Shown: piece by piece, positions 1 through 16,379 of the stretch
Layout of the letters: each line of letters begins with the position of its first letter
Position numbering within the stretch: the first letter of the stretch is position 1
DNA from: Eledone cirrhosa
Lineage: Eukaryota
DNA: 64,000 bases
Reading direction: 5' to 3'
NCBI GenBank assembly: GCA_964016885.1
Contig: OZ024765.1
Coordinates: forward strand, 16,058,001-16,122,000
Made by a program: the position numbers and the translations under genes
The notes under the pieces: generated by a model
Seen by the model: only the letters and a program-made list of their open reading frames with translations
The model's database searches: none
What the model was told of the DNA's origin: nothing

Positions 1-262
1 TAACTATGCTGAAAAGCATGGCGTCCGACCCTCTACCGATACTGCCAATCCACCGCACTTTGAATAAATAACTGTTTCTACTATTGGCACAAGGCCAGAA
101 ATTACCCAGTACATTACTGGTACTTTATTTTATCGACCCCGTAAGGATGAAAGGCAAAGTTAACCTCGGCGGGATTTGAACTCAGAATGGCAAGGGCCGT
201 AACTCTATGCGTCAAGGGCATGGCGTCCGACCCTCTACCGATACTGCCAATCCACCGCACTT
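1..262 (-). mobile_element. tRNA-derived SINE family 1: partial head (1-58) plus near-complete copy (67-262)
   Basis: Reverse complement has A-box-like GGTGGATTGGCAGTATCGG and B box GAGTTCAAATCCC. About ten copies are dispersed in this window. Confidence 0.85.
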
Positions 263-1020
263 TGAATAAATAATGAATGAATATTACATAATGTATCTAC
301 TAAATTTCGTGGCTGTTGATTAAATATATTTTGTTTATTTAAAGATTCACATCTTCAAAATTTCTGAAATGTCAACACTTCCGGTTGGTCATCGCTTAAA
401 TAAACATTCATATATTTCTGTCACTAATTTTCTCCTAATTCAGTTCATATATAATATCGTCTTTTTTAATGTATCATGGATTACGTTACTGATTAAATAA
501 GACAGTGTAACACAGTCTTCGTTCAATGTCTATGTATTATATATTGTCAATTACGATTTTATTTGATGTATCATATCTGCATGTATATATATACCTGCGT
601 ATAATATCAATATACACACTACGCATCCTAGCAGAAAACCAGCCGGGAGGTGGTTTTTCTGCTAGTATAGATAATTTTATATATGTCGATTCAGACGAAT
701 CTCACGGCTATTTCATTGACAGTGCAATATCTTCCGATGTCTGAGTATCAGATTTGATTAGGAGTGGCAACATTTGGAAGAATAGATATGAAGAAAATTA
801 TATAAAGGCATTCTAGTAAAAGATCACACAGATATGTATATATGATCTACTGAAATAAGAAGCCAAATGCGTATTTTTGTGGGTGTATAAACGATTAGAT
901 ATTCTGAATCCATCTTACATATACACTCATAATTGTATAACACACACGCACACACACACGCCACGCACCACACACAGGCACTCACACACACATATGTATG
1001 TATATATATATATATGTGTG

Positions 1021-1296
1021 TGTCTGCGGTGTCTGTTCTACTGTACAGGTGTGAGACTTGGACACTGACCAAGAAACTCACTCAGATGGTGGATGGGTGC
1101 TACACGAGAATGCTGAGGATGGCTCTGAACATTAATCAGTATACACTGAGGATGAAAAACTCAGAGCTGTATGGGAGTCTCCAAAAGTCAGCTCAAATGT
1201 AAGATAGAGGAGACTTGAGGTTAGCTGGACATGTTTACCGACATCCAGAGTTGACACTGCACTCAGTGCTCTAGTGGGAACCCCTGCATGGACACA
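1021..1296 (+). mobile_element. RTE-clade LINE fragment (post-RT region)
   Basis: Translates [34 protein letters not shown]. Close match to the copy at 33721-34697. Confidence 0.85.
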
Positions 1297-1515
1297 CTAG
1301 ATGAGAGAGACCAGCAATGAAATCATATCCGCTCTCCTGCTCTGGAACCCTGACTCCAGCCTGACTAGGAGTAGGAAGCTGTCATTCCCTGACGTTATCT
1401 CTAGGGATACGGAAATCAGTAGACAGGACGTGGGGGCGGCGATGGGGGACAGGGAATTCTGGGGCATGAGAGTGAGATCCATCATCTCGACAGTAGTCGA
1501 CGAATGATGATGATA
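1297..1515 (+). mobile_element. 3' end of a second RTE-like LINE family
   Basis: LLLWNP...RSRKLSFPDVISRDT...AMGDREFW C-terminal pattern, followed by a (TGA)n tail. Confidence 0.65.
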
Positions 1516-1520
1516 TATAA

Positions 1521-1775
1521 TAGCACAGAGGAGACTGAGCTTAGCTGGACATGCTCACCGACGTTCAGAGTTGACACTGCACTCAGTGCTCTTGTGGGAG
1601 CCCTTACGCGGACACACTAGAAGAGGGAGACCGAGGTTGACATATATTGAGGCCCTAAGGACAGACACTGGTCTCTGTGAGATGCAGGGTATGGCGGCGA
1701 TAATGAGGGACATAGAATGCTGGAGAGAACTCCATCATGGATCGAGGGAATTGTATCCGCTCTAGTTAGATAGAT
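1521..1775 (+). mobile_element. RTE-clade LINE 3' end
   Basis: LLWEPLRGHTRRGRPRLTYIEAL...MRDIECWREL, then stop and a TAGA tail. Same family as 33721-33966. Confidence 0.85.
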
Positions 1776-1964
1776 ACATATATTATAAATATAGTTCCTA
1801 GTTTGAATCGTTGTTGTAATGGTAGTACAGTGGTCTGGTTAACTAAAGCTAAGGGTTCTGCTCACATGTACCTCAATACTTATCACTTTCCATTTTTAGA
1901 GGGTTTTAAAACTCACTCACTATCAGAATGAAATTTCTTTAGTCACAAAAACGCCGTAAGATTC

Positions 1965-2030
<66 letters not shown>

Positions 2031-2032
<2 letters not shown>

Positions 2033-2397
2033 AAAGTTATATTTAAATTGTTGGGTTACAACTAGTAAATATTTATAACTGATATAAAAGCACTCGACAA
2101 GTATTTGGAGTATATTTACAATATTAAATAAATGGAAACTATATTTATAAAACCATATTTATTTCATTATATATATTTCAGGGATATCATATTAACAATA
2201 TGCTATGCCTTCCTCTGCCAATTCAACTTTTCAAATACAAGTCGATGTTGTTACGGTATGTCAAATCTATTTATCTATAAAACTGTTTATATTGTATTTT
2301 GTCTGAGGAAGGCATAGCATATTGTTAATATGATATCCCTGAAATATATATAATGAAATAAATATGGTTTTATAAATATAGTTTCCATTTATTTAAT

Positions 2398-2403
<6 letters not shown>
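2031..2403. mobile_element. Fold-back hammerhead element in (TA)n (PLE pLTR-like)
   Basis: 99-bp inverted arms 2117-2215 / 2305-2403. The left arm is extended by a tail (2031-2116). Both ends abut (TA)n. Confidence 0.75.
2295..2360 (+). ncRNA. Minimal type I hammerhead ribozyme
   Basis: tattttgt-CTGAGGA-stem II (aggcatagcatatt/aatatgatatccct)-GAAA-TATATA-TA|atgaaata. Stem III is the palindrome ATATATAT. Confidence 0.75.
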
Positions 2404-2444
<41 letters not shown>

Positions 2445-2447
<3 letters not shown>

Positions 2448-2553
2448 CAAGTAAGACCCCGACGGCTGAGCTCAAGCCGTTTCGACGGCTAATTCTGAAT
2501 TGAGTACTTTGGTGCGTTATGGTCCACCTGGTTCCTTACCACATTTCCTTCGT
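2445..2553. mobile_element. Short inverted/forward element, same family as 22339-22478 and 24836-25194
   Basis: 2445-2497 is the reverse complement of the family body and 2500-2553 is the forward tail. Flanked by (TA)n. Confidence 0.7.
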
Positions 2554-2579
2554 TATATATATATATATATATATATATA

Positions 2580-2696
2580 AGCAAAAGGGATATTCAATGT
2601 GTTGGTAATTCAACAAATATACATGTTTATAACAGATTCAAAGCACTCGACAGTTTTTCTGGAGTATAATATTCAATGATATTAAATAAATGCAAA

Positions 2697-2702
<6 letters not shown>
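2580..2702 (-). mobile_element. Solo tail fragment related to the 2031-2403 family
   Basis: Reverse complement carries TACTCCAG...TCGAGTGCT and resembles 2031-2140. Confidence 0.55.
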
Positions 2703-2727
<25 letters not shown>

Positions 2728-2928
2728 GTTTGTGTGTGACTGTGTGTATATACACACACAATTATAATGACAGGTACGCAGATGAAGAGACACAGTTGCA
2801 TAATTTCATAAAAACGTACACATATATAAGTAAAAGCATACACACTATCAATTATACATCCGTACATACGTAGAATCATACATACTTACATATTGTTTGT
2901 GTACACACACACACACAAACACATACAG

Positions 2929-2976
<48 letters not shown>

Positions 2977-3000
2977 ATATATATATATATACATATAAAG

Positions 3001-3187
3001 GGCGGTGGATTAGCAGTATCGGTAGAGAGTCGGACACCATGCTTTGAAGCATAGAGTTTCGGCCCTTTATGATCTAAGTTCAAATTCCGCCGAGGTTAAC
3101 TTTGCCTTTCATCCTTACAGGGTCGATAAAGTAAAGTACTAGTAATGTACTGGTTATTGCTGGCCTTGAGCCAAAAGTAGAAACAAA
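3001..3187 (+). mobile_element. SINE family 1 copy
   Basis: GGCGGTGGATTAGCAGTATCGG head, AAGTTCAAATTCC B box, GTAGAAACAA tail. Confidence 0.85.
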
Positions 3188-3189
3188 TA

Positions 3190-3227
3190 TATATATAAAT
3201 ATATATAATATATATATATATGTAAGC

Positions 3228-3260
<33 letters not shown>

Positions 3261-4582
3261 TACTTACATATATAATACGTGCATTATAAAACGAAACATA
3301 CATACATACATACATATGTTCCTACATAAATATATTCATACATACATGCATAAATACGTACATACATACATATATCCATACAATATTACATACATTCATA
3401 CACACATGTATATGTATATACACATGCATACATCATACATACACATATACATACATTCATACATAATATCATACATAAATTCACAATACATATTACATCT
3501 AAATAAACATACACATCATACATTCTATATAATATACATACTTACATACATACATATATACCATACAATATTACACATTCATACATATATACTTAGCACT
3601 ACATAACAAACAATATACATACATAATATACATGCATTCATCATTAATACATACTATATCATACTCATACATATACATATACATAACATACATATATAAC
3701 ATATAAACATCCTACATAATTTACTAAAATACACATCATACATTCATACATTATACATACATACACACACATACATATATATAATAATATATATATACAT
3801 ATAAACATTCTTACAGGCACATACATATACACATACGTACATTCATACATACACATATATACATATACAATATTACATACATACATACGTACATACACAT
3901 GCATCTATCATATATACATATACATATACACATCATACATTCATATACATAATACATATACATACATACATACACTCAACATACACGCATACATACATAC
4001 ATACAACACAATCAAACATACGTACATAAACACACACATACTTGCATACTACATACATAGATACATACAGCCATGCAATATGTACAATCATATAAATATA
4101 CATACATACCTACATATATGCATACAGACATACATACACACACGCATACATACACACAAACATATCATACATACATATCTACATACTACACACACGCATA
4201 TATACATACACACAACATACATACTCACACGCATATATACATACACACAACATACATACATACCTACATACATACACGCACGCATACATACACACAAACA
4301 TACANNNNNNNNNNNNNNNNNNNNNNNNNNNNNNNNNNNNNNNNNNNNNNNNNNNNNNNNNNNNNNNNNNNNNNNNNNNNNNNNNNNNNNNNNNNNNNNN
4401 NNNNNNNNNNNNNNNNNNNNNNNNNNNNNNNNNNNNNNNNNNNNNNNNNNNNNNNNNNNNNNNNNNNNNNNNNNNNNNNNNNNNNNNNNNNNNNNNNNNN
4501 NNNNTATATATATACATATATTTGCGTGTGTGCCATATATATACACATACATATATATTGATATGTATTGATCTTAACGTAT

Positions 4583-4638
<56 letters not shown>

Positions 4639-5265
4639 GCACATGTAATTTATAGAGATAGAGTCAGGAAGGAACCGGAAGTTGCTCTGTAATCATGTAA
4701 AACTAGGATTAAGTGATGTTCACGTTGTCAAACATCCGAAATATACATCTGTTAAGTATCGGGTTATCGTACAGTGTGGTTAAGGAGTTCGAATCCTAGT
4801 CACGTGGTCGTGGGACCAATAGGCGGCCTGGCAGGATCGATAAACGTTTTCTATGATATTATATCGTTTTACTTAATGGTTTATTTTGATTGATTTCAAT
4901 TCTGTGCATATAAACATGTATATATGTATGTGTGTATGTGTGTATGTATGTATGTATTTTTGTGTGAATGTGTGTATGTATATATGTGTGTGTGTTTATG
5001 TATGTGAGTATGTATGCATATGTGTGTGTGAATGTATGTATGTGTGCTTTTATGCATGTATGTATGTGTGTGTATGTATGTTTGTGTATATATATATGTA
5101 TATATATGTGTGTGTGTAAGTATATATGTATGTATATATATGTGTGTGTGTGTGTATGTATGTGTGTGATTATGTATGTGCGTGTGTGTATGGATGTATA
5201 TAGAAATGTATGTATGCATGAATGTATGCATGAATGTATGTATGTGTATATGTATGTATATGTTA
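3190..5265. repeat. Degenerate (CATA)n/(TA)n/(TATG)n low-complexity region
   Basis: Direct inspection. Includes the N gap and a short unique stretch at about 4645-4915. Confidence 0.85.
4305..4504. other. Assembly gap (200 N)
   Basis: Run of n characters. Confidence 0.99.
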
Positions 5266-5399
5266 TCTCTTTCTCTTAATTTCGAGTTTATTTTTGACCG
5301 GCCACCTTCCTGGTGGCAAGGTTGTTAAAGAAAAGAAATTGTCATCCCTTGAATCGCAAGAATGTTTAGCAAATATCGAAGGGGCCAGCTATCGCAGCC

Positions 5400-6240
5400 A
5401 TTTGTAGACTATGAATTAGGGATCTGCACTCTTTGTCTACAGATGCAAGTTCAGTTATACTTTGGTCCAAGTGGGTTGGTATATTACCTGTAGCTCCAAA
5501 AATAATTGTTTCTACTTTTGGCACAAGGCCAGCAATTATCCCAGTGCATTACTGGTACTTTATTGTATCGTCCACATAACGATGAAAGGCAAAGTGGGGT
5601 TTAACATCAAAACGTAAAGGGCCGAAACTATATGCCACAAGCATATAGTCCAGCGCTCTACCGATGTTGCAATAGGACGCCATAATAATTGTTTCTACTT
5701 TTGGCAGAAGGCCAGCAATTATCTCAGTGCATTACTGGTACTTTATTTTATCGACCCCGTAAGGATGAACGGCAAAGTTAACCTCGTCGGGATTTGAACT
5801 CAGTCCATAAAAGGGACGTAACTGTGCTGCAAAGAATGGCGTCCGACCCTTTACTGATACTGCCAATCCCCCCCAATAATAATGGGTATAAAACTTATGG
5901 TCTATCTTGGATACTGGATCTGCAAACTCCGCATCAATGGTCCGTAGATGTCCTCCTCCTCTTGTTAATTTTCTTACAACTTTGACATCAAGTGGGCAGC
6001 TGATCTCAACAACAGATCACATTTTCATTGTGTGGTCCCCAACAACAATATCAGGCCGGTTGTGTTCTAATTTGGTGGCAGTTTTTATTTTCAGGTTCCA
6101 CCAGTATTGTTTAGTGCCATCTATCTCAACATATTCCGCCTCATATGTTTTGAATCGTTCCAGATGGTTCTAGCTATCACATCGCGTCTCATAGGGAGGT
6201 AGTAACGAGACGACATTCTTTCGCAGTTGGCAATAATGTG
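5400..6240 (-). mobile_element. R4/Dong/NeSL-type LINE fragment (restriction-like endonuclease domain), split by two SINEs
   Basis: Minus strand reads YWWNLKIKTATKLEHNRPDIVV...VVEISCPLD...KFIPII, then IIFGATG on the far side of the SINEs. Confidence 0.7.
5503..5875 (-). mobile_element. Two tandem SINE family 1 copies
   Basis: Two copies (about 5503-5682 and 5688-5872) similar to 67-262. Confidence 0.85.
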
Positions 6241-6349
6241 GTTAACATCCTACATTTATTGTCAACTTATGGCCCTCCACTTTGGTTTGTATGTATATGT
6301 GTATGTACGTATATATGTGTGTATGCATATATGTGTATATGTATGTATG

Positions 6350-6672
6350 TATGATGTTGACTTGTTCTTCTTTTTGGTAAATATCATCTTGGTTAAGAGA
6401 GTGGGACTGGCTTTGTGCAGTGCCTTTTCTCACTATAAAAGCTTCACGGCACAGGCATTGCTTTATATCTGGAGATCTCTCTGCACTTGTCGTCACATGG
6501 TACCATGGGGCCCAGCACTATGTGTCAATAATTGTCACAACTGTAGTGTTTGTACCAGAGTTTTCAAGTCGCTGGCTGGACTAAAAAGTCACACTCGTTC
6601 AGCTAATCGGTAGGGGTTCTCCTACATGGATATAAAGTAGTGGCCGTACTCGAAAACGAGTTGGCAGCCACC
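6350..6672 (+). mobile_element. Non-autonomous RTE-derived element, 5'-truncated
   Basis: Close match to 29520-29840. Ends with the C2H2-like CSVCTRVFKSLAGLKSH and a terminal hairpin ACTCGAAAACGAGT. Confidence 0.7.
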
Positions 6673-7354
6673 ATGTATGTATGTACGTATATATATATAT
6701 ATATATATATATGTATTTGTGTTTGTATGTATGTGTGTGCATGTACATATGTATGTATGTATGCATATATGTGTGTGTATGTATGCATGTATTTATGTAT
6801 GTATAATTATATATATATATGTAAATATAATACATACAGACAAACACATATACACACAGATATATATATATATATATTTATATATAAAGAGAGAGAGAGA
6901 GAGACGGGGAGGGGGGGAGAGAGATATATGTGTGTATATTTGTTTGTGTACATACAAACTTACATAATTCCTAAGATTTACACGAGACCAACAGAAAGAT
7001 AGAAAACCTAATAATGCTGGTTTTGATTTGACTAAATCTTATCAGCTTCAGTGTTGTCACACTAACACATGTTTCATCAATAAAACCTGATTAGATGTGA
7101 GCCAAAGTCGGCAGCTTATTATCAGGTTCTAATTACAGCTTCACTAATATTATATAACCAATCATACTGTATGCATATTAATTAATTAATTAATTAATTA
7201 ATATACGAGAAATTATATATTCAGCGATACGCTAACTTGTAGCCATAATCTTTTACTATAGAGAAACTGGTGTGTATTTCATTTTATATATCGGTCACGC
7301 TATGTCTGTGTGTCTGTCTGCGTGTGTTTGTGTGTGTCAATCTTTGTGTGATGA

Positions 7355-7589
7355 CGAGAGAGAGAGAGAGAAAGATAGAAATAGTATGTGAGAGATAGAT
7401 TGTGAATGAGTGAGGGGGAGACCCAGGTGTTGGTAGGAGGTTATATTAGTTTTTAAATCAAAGTTAGTTACAAGAGTTTCTGGAATGGGAAAAGCAAAAA
7501 TTTGTGTGCAAATTCTAGGAAGTACAGAGAAAATGAGAGCAATGTAACTTCTATAAGCACCTATCTATTACTTCCTCAAGTATATGTTA

Positions 7590-7650
<61 letters not shown>

Positions 7651-7906
7651 CGCGTCTACCTTTGTGTGAGAATGAGAGAATGAAAGACAGATATAGTATG
7701 TGAGAGATAGGTTGTGGAGGAGTGAGAGGGAGACTCGGGTGTTGGTATGTGTTCATATTAGTTTTTAAATCAACGCTGGTTACAAGAAGTTCTGGAGTAG
7801 AAATAGTAAGAATTTGTGTGCAAATTCTAGAAAATACTAAGAAAATGAGAGCAACGTAACTACTATGAGTACCTATCTATTACTTCCTCAATTATCTGTT
7901 ATTCTT

Positions 7907-7987
<81 letters not shown>

Positions 7988-8009
7988 GTCTCTATCTTTG
8001 TGTGAGAAC

Positions 8010-8043
<34 letters not shown>

Positions 8044-8257
8044 TAGTATGTGAGAGATATATTGTGAAAGAGTGAGAGAGAGAGAGACCCTGGTGTGGGT
8101 GGATAAGATTATATAAGTTTTAAATTCAAAGGTAGTTACATAAGTTTCTAGAATGGGAATAGTAACAATTTGTGTGCAAATTACAGGAAGTACTAAGAAA
8201 ATGAGATCAATATAACTTCTATAATGACCTATCTATACTTCCTCAAGTATATATTGT

Positions 8258-8298
<41 letters not shown>

Positions 8299-8460
8299 GT
8301 GTGCTCGTTTATCTGTGTGTGAGAGATAGACTGTGAAAGAGTGGGAGAGAGAACTGATGTTATATTACTTTTTAAATCAAATGCGGTTAGAAGAGTTTCT
8401 GGAATGGGAATAGCAAGAATTTGTGATTCAAATTCTAGAAAGTACCTAGAAAATGAGAGC
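7355..8460 (+). repeat. Diverged tandem repeat, unit about 300-370 bp, with internal (CT)n/(GA)n, about 4 copies
   Basis: Recurring GAGAGATAG...TTTAAATCAA...GTGCAAATTCTAG...GAAAATGAGAGC. Further pieces at 9265-9370 (inverted) and 10140-10210. Confidence 0.8.
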
Positions 8461-9071
8461 AGCGTTATTACTATAAACAGTTATTACTATAAACAGTTAT
8501 TACTATAAACAGTTAATACTATAAACAGTTACTACTATAAACAGTTAATACTATAAACAGTTACTACTATAAACAGTTAATACTATAAACAGTTACTACT
8601 ATAAACAGTTATCACTATAAACAGTTACTACTATAAACAGTTATTACTATAAACAGTTACTACTATAAACAGTTATCACTATAAACAGTTATTACTATAA
8701 ACAGTTATTACTATAAACAGTTATTACTATAACAGTTATCACTATAAACAGTTATCACTATAAACAGTTATCACTATAAACAGTTATTGCTATAAACAGT
8801 TATCACTATAAACAGTTATCACTATAAACAGTTAGCACTATAAACAGTTAGCACTATAAACAGTTACTACTATAAACAGTTACCACTATAAACAGTTATC
8901 GTTATAAACAGTTATTACTATAATCAGTTATTACTATAATCAGTTATTACTATAAACAGTTATCACTATAAACAGTTATTACTATAAACAGTTATCACTA
9001 TAAACAGTTATTACTATAAACATTTATTACTATAAACAGTTATTACTATAAACAGTTATGACTATAAACAG
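8461..9071 (+). repeat. 16-bp minisatellite (AGTTATTACTATAAAC)n, about 38 copies
   Basis: Direct inspection. Confidence 0.95.
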
Positions 9072-9072
9072 A

Positions 9073-9258
9073 GGGCGGTGGATTGGCAGTATCGGTAGAG
9101 GGTCAGACACCATGCTTTCCAGCATAGTCACGTCCCTTTACGATCTGAGTTCAAATCCCGCCGAGGTTAACTTTGCCTTTCATCCTTACGGGGTCGATAA
9201 AATAAAGTACCAGTAATGCACTGGATAATTGGTGGCCTTGTGCCTAAAGTAGAAACAG
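9073..9258 (+). mobile_element. SINE family 1 copy
   Basis: A and B boxes, body and GTAGAAACAG tail. Confidence 0.88.
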
Positions 9259-9609
9259 TTATTACTATACACAGTCTCTCAGACACTCCTTCACAATCTA
9301 TCTCTCACATACGTCTTCTCTCTCTCACTCTCTCTATCTCTTTCTCTCGTTCTCACACAAATATAGAAGCACACACACACACACACACACACATCCTTCC
9401 ACTAAACACCTTCAGAAATATCTACCTATGTTCCAACTGGAGACGGGCTCTCATAATTGGTATCAACAAGCGATTGAACTCCATTTAATGTCTCCCTATC
9501 TCCGTTCACATACATCACTCACTTGCTTCCTATGTTGGACACATACTGGACCTTTTTTCAGAGCGTTTGGCGTAGGGCAGGCATGTCAAACATGGGTCCC
9601 ACGGGCCAC

Positions 9610-10140
9610 ATGTGGCCATTTAGAAACACACCTGCGGCATTGTAGAAGCACACTTGCGGCCATGTAGAGCACACCTGCGGCCATGTAGAAGCACACCTGC
9701 GGCCATTTAAGAGCACACCTGTGGCCATGTAGCGACACCTGCGGCCATGTAGAAGCACACCTGCGGCCATGTAGAAGCACACCTGCGGCCATGTAGAAGC
9801 ACACCTGCGACCATGTAGAAGCACACCTGCGGCCATGTAGAAGCACACCTGCGGCCATGTAGAAGCACACCTGCGGCCATGTAGAAGCACACCTTTGGCC
9901 ATTTACGAGCACACCTGCGGCCATGTAGAAACACACCTGTGGCCATGTAGAAGCACACCCGCGGCCATGTAGAAGCAGACATTGGACCATGTAGGAACAC
10001 ACCGGCGGCCATGTAGAAGCACACCTGCGGCCATGTAGAAACACACCTGTGGCCATGTAGAAGCACACCCGCGGCCATGTAGAAGCAGACATTGGACCAT
10101 GTAGAAGCACCCTGCGACCATGTAGAAGCACACCTGCGAC
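9610..10140 (+). repeat. 22-bp GC-rich minisatellite (AGAAGCACACCTGCGGCCATGT)n, about 24 copies
   Basis: Direct inspection. Starts just after a hAT-like terminus, CAGGCATGTCAAAC, at 9578. Confidence 0.95.
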
Positions 10141-11129
10141 AGAAAATGAGAGCTACGTTATTCGTATAAGCACCTATGTATACTTCCTCAAGTATATGTT
10201 GTTCATTTTCTGTAGCAGATGAAAAGCCGTCTGACAGTGTTTCGGCGGTTCAAAGTAATGTGACCTACGCAAAAACCCTTAGGCTCTGAAAAAAGATCTA
10301 TGTGTCCAACATGGGAAGCAAGTGAGAGATATTTGTGAACGGGGGTGAGGAGACATTAAATGAAATTCAAAGACTTGTTGTTACCAATTGTGAGAGCCAG
10401 TGCCCAGTTGAAACAAAAGTGGTTGTTTCTGAAAGTGTTAAGTTGAAGGATGTGGAAGGGTTTAGAGCAGCATGGGGAACCTTCTTTGAGAAGCAGGACT
10501 CATGAGATATGGCTCATCATCAGGCGCGTCGCAAGCGCTAATTTACCTTCATGCCCTCATTAAAAAAAGGGACGGTATCTCAGGTTGTTTTCCTCGATCG
10601 TAAACATGATAAAAAGATAAATTACGACTGAAAATTTGGGGTGAGAAACATTCAGAAAGATTTCACTTAGGTAACTTAGGTGAGCTATTCGGAAAGCTTC
10701 CCCGGCCGCAGGTTGCCCATGACTGGTTTATAGTTACCTGTAGATCGAAATGTATTATTAAGTAAGAATGATGGAGTGTTGAAATTGCGTATCTGAAAAC
10801 GATCTGACTGTTCTTGGATCACGTGTTCGATGACTCAATCTGTCGGTTGTCAACCACTTTTAGAAAGCATTGCAATGTCAAGGATTCCTGTAAAATAAGA
10901 CTTTGATACGAATATCAATAAAATGAGTGGCAGGACGGAAGTTGGACTTAGTACTGCGTAGAAGAGATTTGATGTTAAACATGAAAAGACAAGGAGTCAC
11001 GTGGGGTCAGTAAGGATGATGGACTTTTGACCAGAAGTTCACGTGGGCCTAGCTTCAAGTCTAAAAGAGGCGAGTGGGGAATCAGAAAACTTATGACCGG
11101 CTCGTAGGTCAGAGTGGATAAAGAGGAAA

Positions 11130-13810
<2,681 letters not shown>

Positions 13811-13914
13811 TATAGGACTCGTCCGTTGAGTATACTTAAGCAATCATAAGAGAGAGAGAGACTGTTGGCTAGTGCGATAGAGAGAGAGAGAGAGAGAGAG
13901 AATATCCTCTTCTC

Positions 13915-15930
13915 CTCTCACCAACACCACCATTAACTCACCACCACCGTCAATAGCTCCCACCGTCAATACCACCACCACCATTAACTCACCACTGTCA
14001 CCACCATTAACTCCCACCACCACCACCAACACCACCACCACTATTAACTCTCCACTACCGTCAACACCCCTACCATTAAACTCTCCACCAACGTCACCAC
14101 CGTCAATTCCACCACCACCACCACCACCACACTCACCTCCACCGCCACCACCACCGTCACCACCCCAACCCCCAGCACCACCACCACCGTCACCACCACT
14201 AACACCACCACCACTATTAACTCTCCACTACCGTCAACACCCCTACCATTAAACTCTCCACCAACGTCACCAACGTCAATTCCACCACCACCACCACCAC
14301 ACTCACCTCCACCGCCACCACCACCGTCACCACCCCAACCCCCACCACCACCACCGTCACCACCACCACCATTAACTCAACAGCACCACCACCCGCCACC
14401 AGTCTCACCGCCACCACCACCATTAACACACCGCCACCAGCATCACCGCCACCACCACCATTAACTCACCACCATCACCACCAGCACCACCACCACCGCC
14501 ACAACCAGCATCACCGCCACTACCACCATTAACTCACCGCCACCACCGCCACCACCACCATTAACTCACCACCAGCACCACCGGCAGCACCACCACCACC
14601 AGCAGCACCGCCACCACCACCATTAATTCACAGCCACCGCCGCACCACCACCATCACCCAGCACCATTAACTCGCCACCACCACCACCACCATTAACTCA
14701 CCACCACCACCATCACACAGCACCACTAACTCACCACCACCAGCATCACCGCCACCACCACCTCCACCGTCACCACCGCCACTACCACCACCACCTCCAC
14801 CGTCACCACCACCACCACCACCACCACCACCATCACCACCACCACCACCATCACCACCACCACCACGACCACCACCACCATCACCACCACCACCATTAAC
14901 TCGCCACCACCACCACCACCACCTCCACCGTCACCACCACCACCACCATCACCATCCAGCACCATTAACTCGCCACCGTCACCACCACCACCACCTCCAC
15001 CGTCACCACCACCACCACCATCACCATCCAGCACCATTAACTCGCCACCACCACCACCACCACCACCACGCCATATTTCAGAACAATCGTCATAATTAAC
15101 AGTGACGTCAGCATGTCAGCTTTAATTCCGTTCAGTTTGGAATATGCAGCTCAACTGCAGACGTGGCTGGCTGTGAAGACAACTGTTGAGTGTGGGCTGA
15201 GATATGGCGACCAGATGAGAGGCGATAGCAGTAGTCGGGCATGCTTAGCGTCAGGAGGAACTCTTTAAGTCATCATCATCATCATCGTGATGGTCATCTT
15301 GATGGTCATCATGATGGTCATCGTGATCGTCAACGCCGCCATCATCATCATCACCATCATCATCATCGTTAATATTTTCATCATCGTCGCCATCGTTGAT
15401 CGTCATCGTTGATCGTCATCATAGACGTTACGATCATCATCATCATCATCATCACCATCACCACCATCATCACCACCATCACCATCATCGCCGTCATCAC
15501 CATCATCACCATCATCACCACCATCACCATCGCCAACACCAATACCATCGTCACCATCACCACCATCACCACCACCACCATCATTACCATCACCACCATA
15601 ATCATCACAATCACCACCATCACCATCATCATCACAATCACCACCACCACCACCATCATCACCATCACCACCATCACCACCATCATCATCACAATCACCA
15701 CCACCACCATCACCAAACCACTACCACCACCATCATCACCACCACCACCACGATCATCACCATCATCATTACAATCACCACCACCATCACAATTACCACC
15801 ACCTTCAGCATCATTGTCATTATCATTATCAACATCATCATCACCATCACAATCACCACCACCACCACCACCATCACCTTCACCATCACGACCATCATCA
15901 TCACCTTCACCATCACCATCGCCACAGTAA
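13915..15930. repeat. (CAC)n/(CAT)n degenerate trinucleotide arrays with recurring CCATTAACTC
   Basis: Direct inspection. A unique island lies at about 15070-15270. Confidence 0.9.
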
Positions 15931-16132
15931 TATACACACATTAAACTCATTATCTTATCTCTTCATATTTCCATCATTTATTAACATATCAGCACTTAGA
16001 CTCATCATCATCATCATCATAGTCATCAGAACTATCAGCATCATTGAAACCTGATTGGTTGTTGTCGTGTGTCTGTCTGTGTGTGCTGTATGTGTGTGTA
16101 TGTATGTATGTATGTATGTGTATGTATGTATG

Positions 16133-16163
<31 letters not shown>

Positions 16164-16189
16164 GTGAATATACATATAAATAATAATAA

Positions 16190-16375
16190 TAATTGTTTCT
16201 ACTATTAGCACAAGGCCAGAACTAAACCAGTACATTACTGGTACTTTATTTTATCGACCCCGTAAGGATGAAAGACAAAGTCAACCTCGGCGGGATTTGA
16301 ACTCAGAATGGCAAGGGCCGTAACTCTATGCGTCAAAGCATGGCGTCCGACCCTCTACCGATACTGCCAATCCAT
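16190..16375 (-). mobile_element. SINE family 1 copy
   Basis: Close match to 67-262. Confidence 0.88.
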
Positions 16376-16379
16376 GCAG

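Noticed and set aside
7002-7130. Degenerate inverted repeat, possible MITE
   Set aside because: Weak arms, no TSD and no second copy in the window.
15381-15950. His-, Thr- or Pro-rich ORFs (also 52700-54400)
   Set aside because: Trinucleotide repeats open in multiple frames, with no splice or domain evidence.
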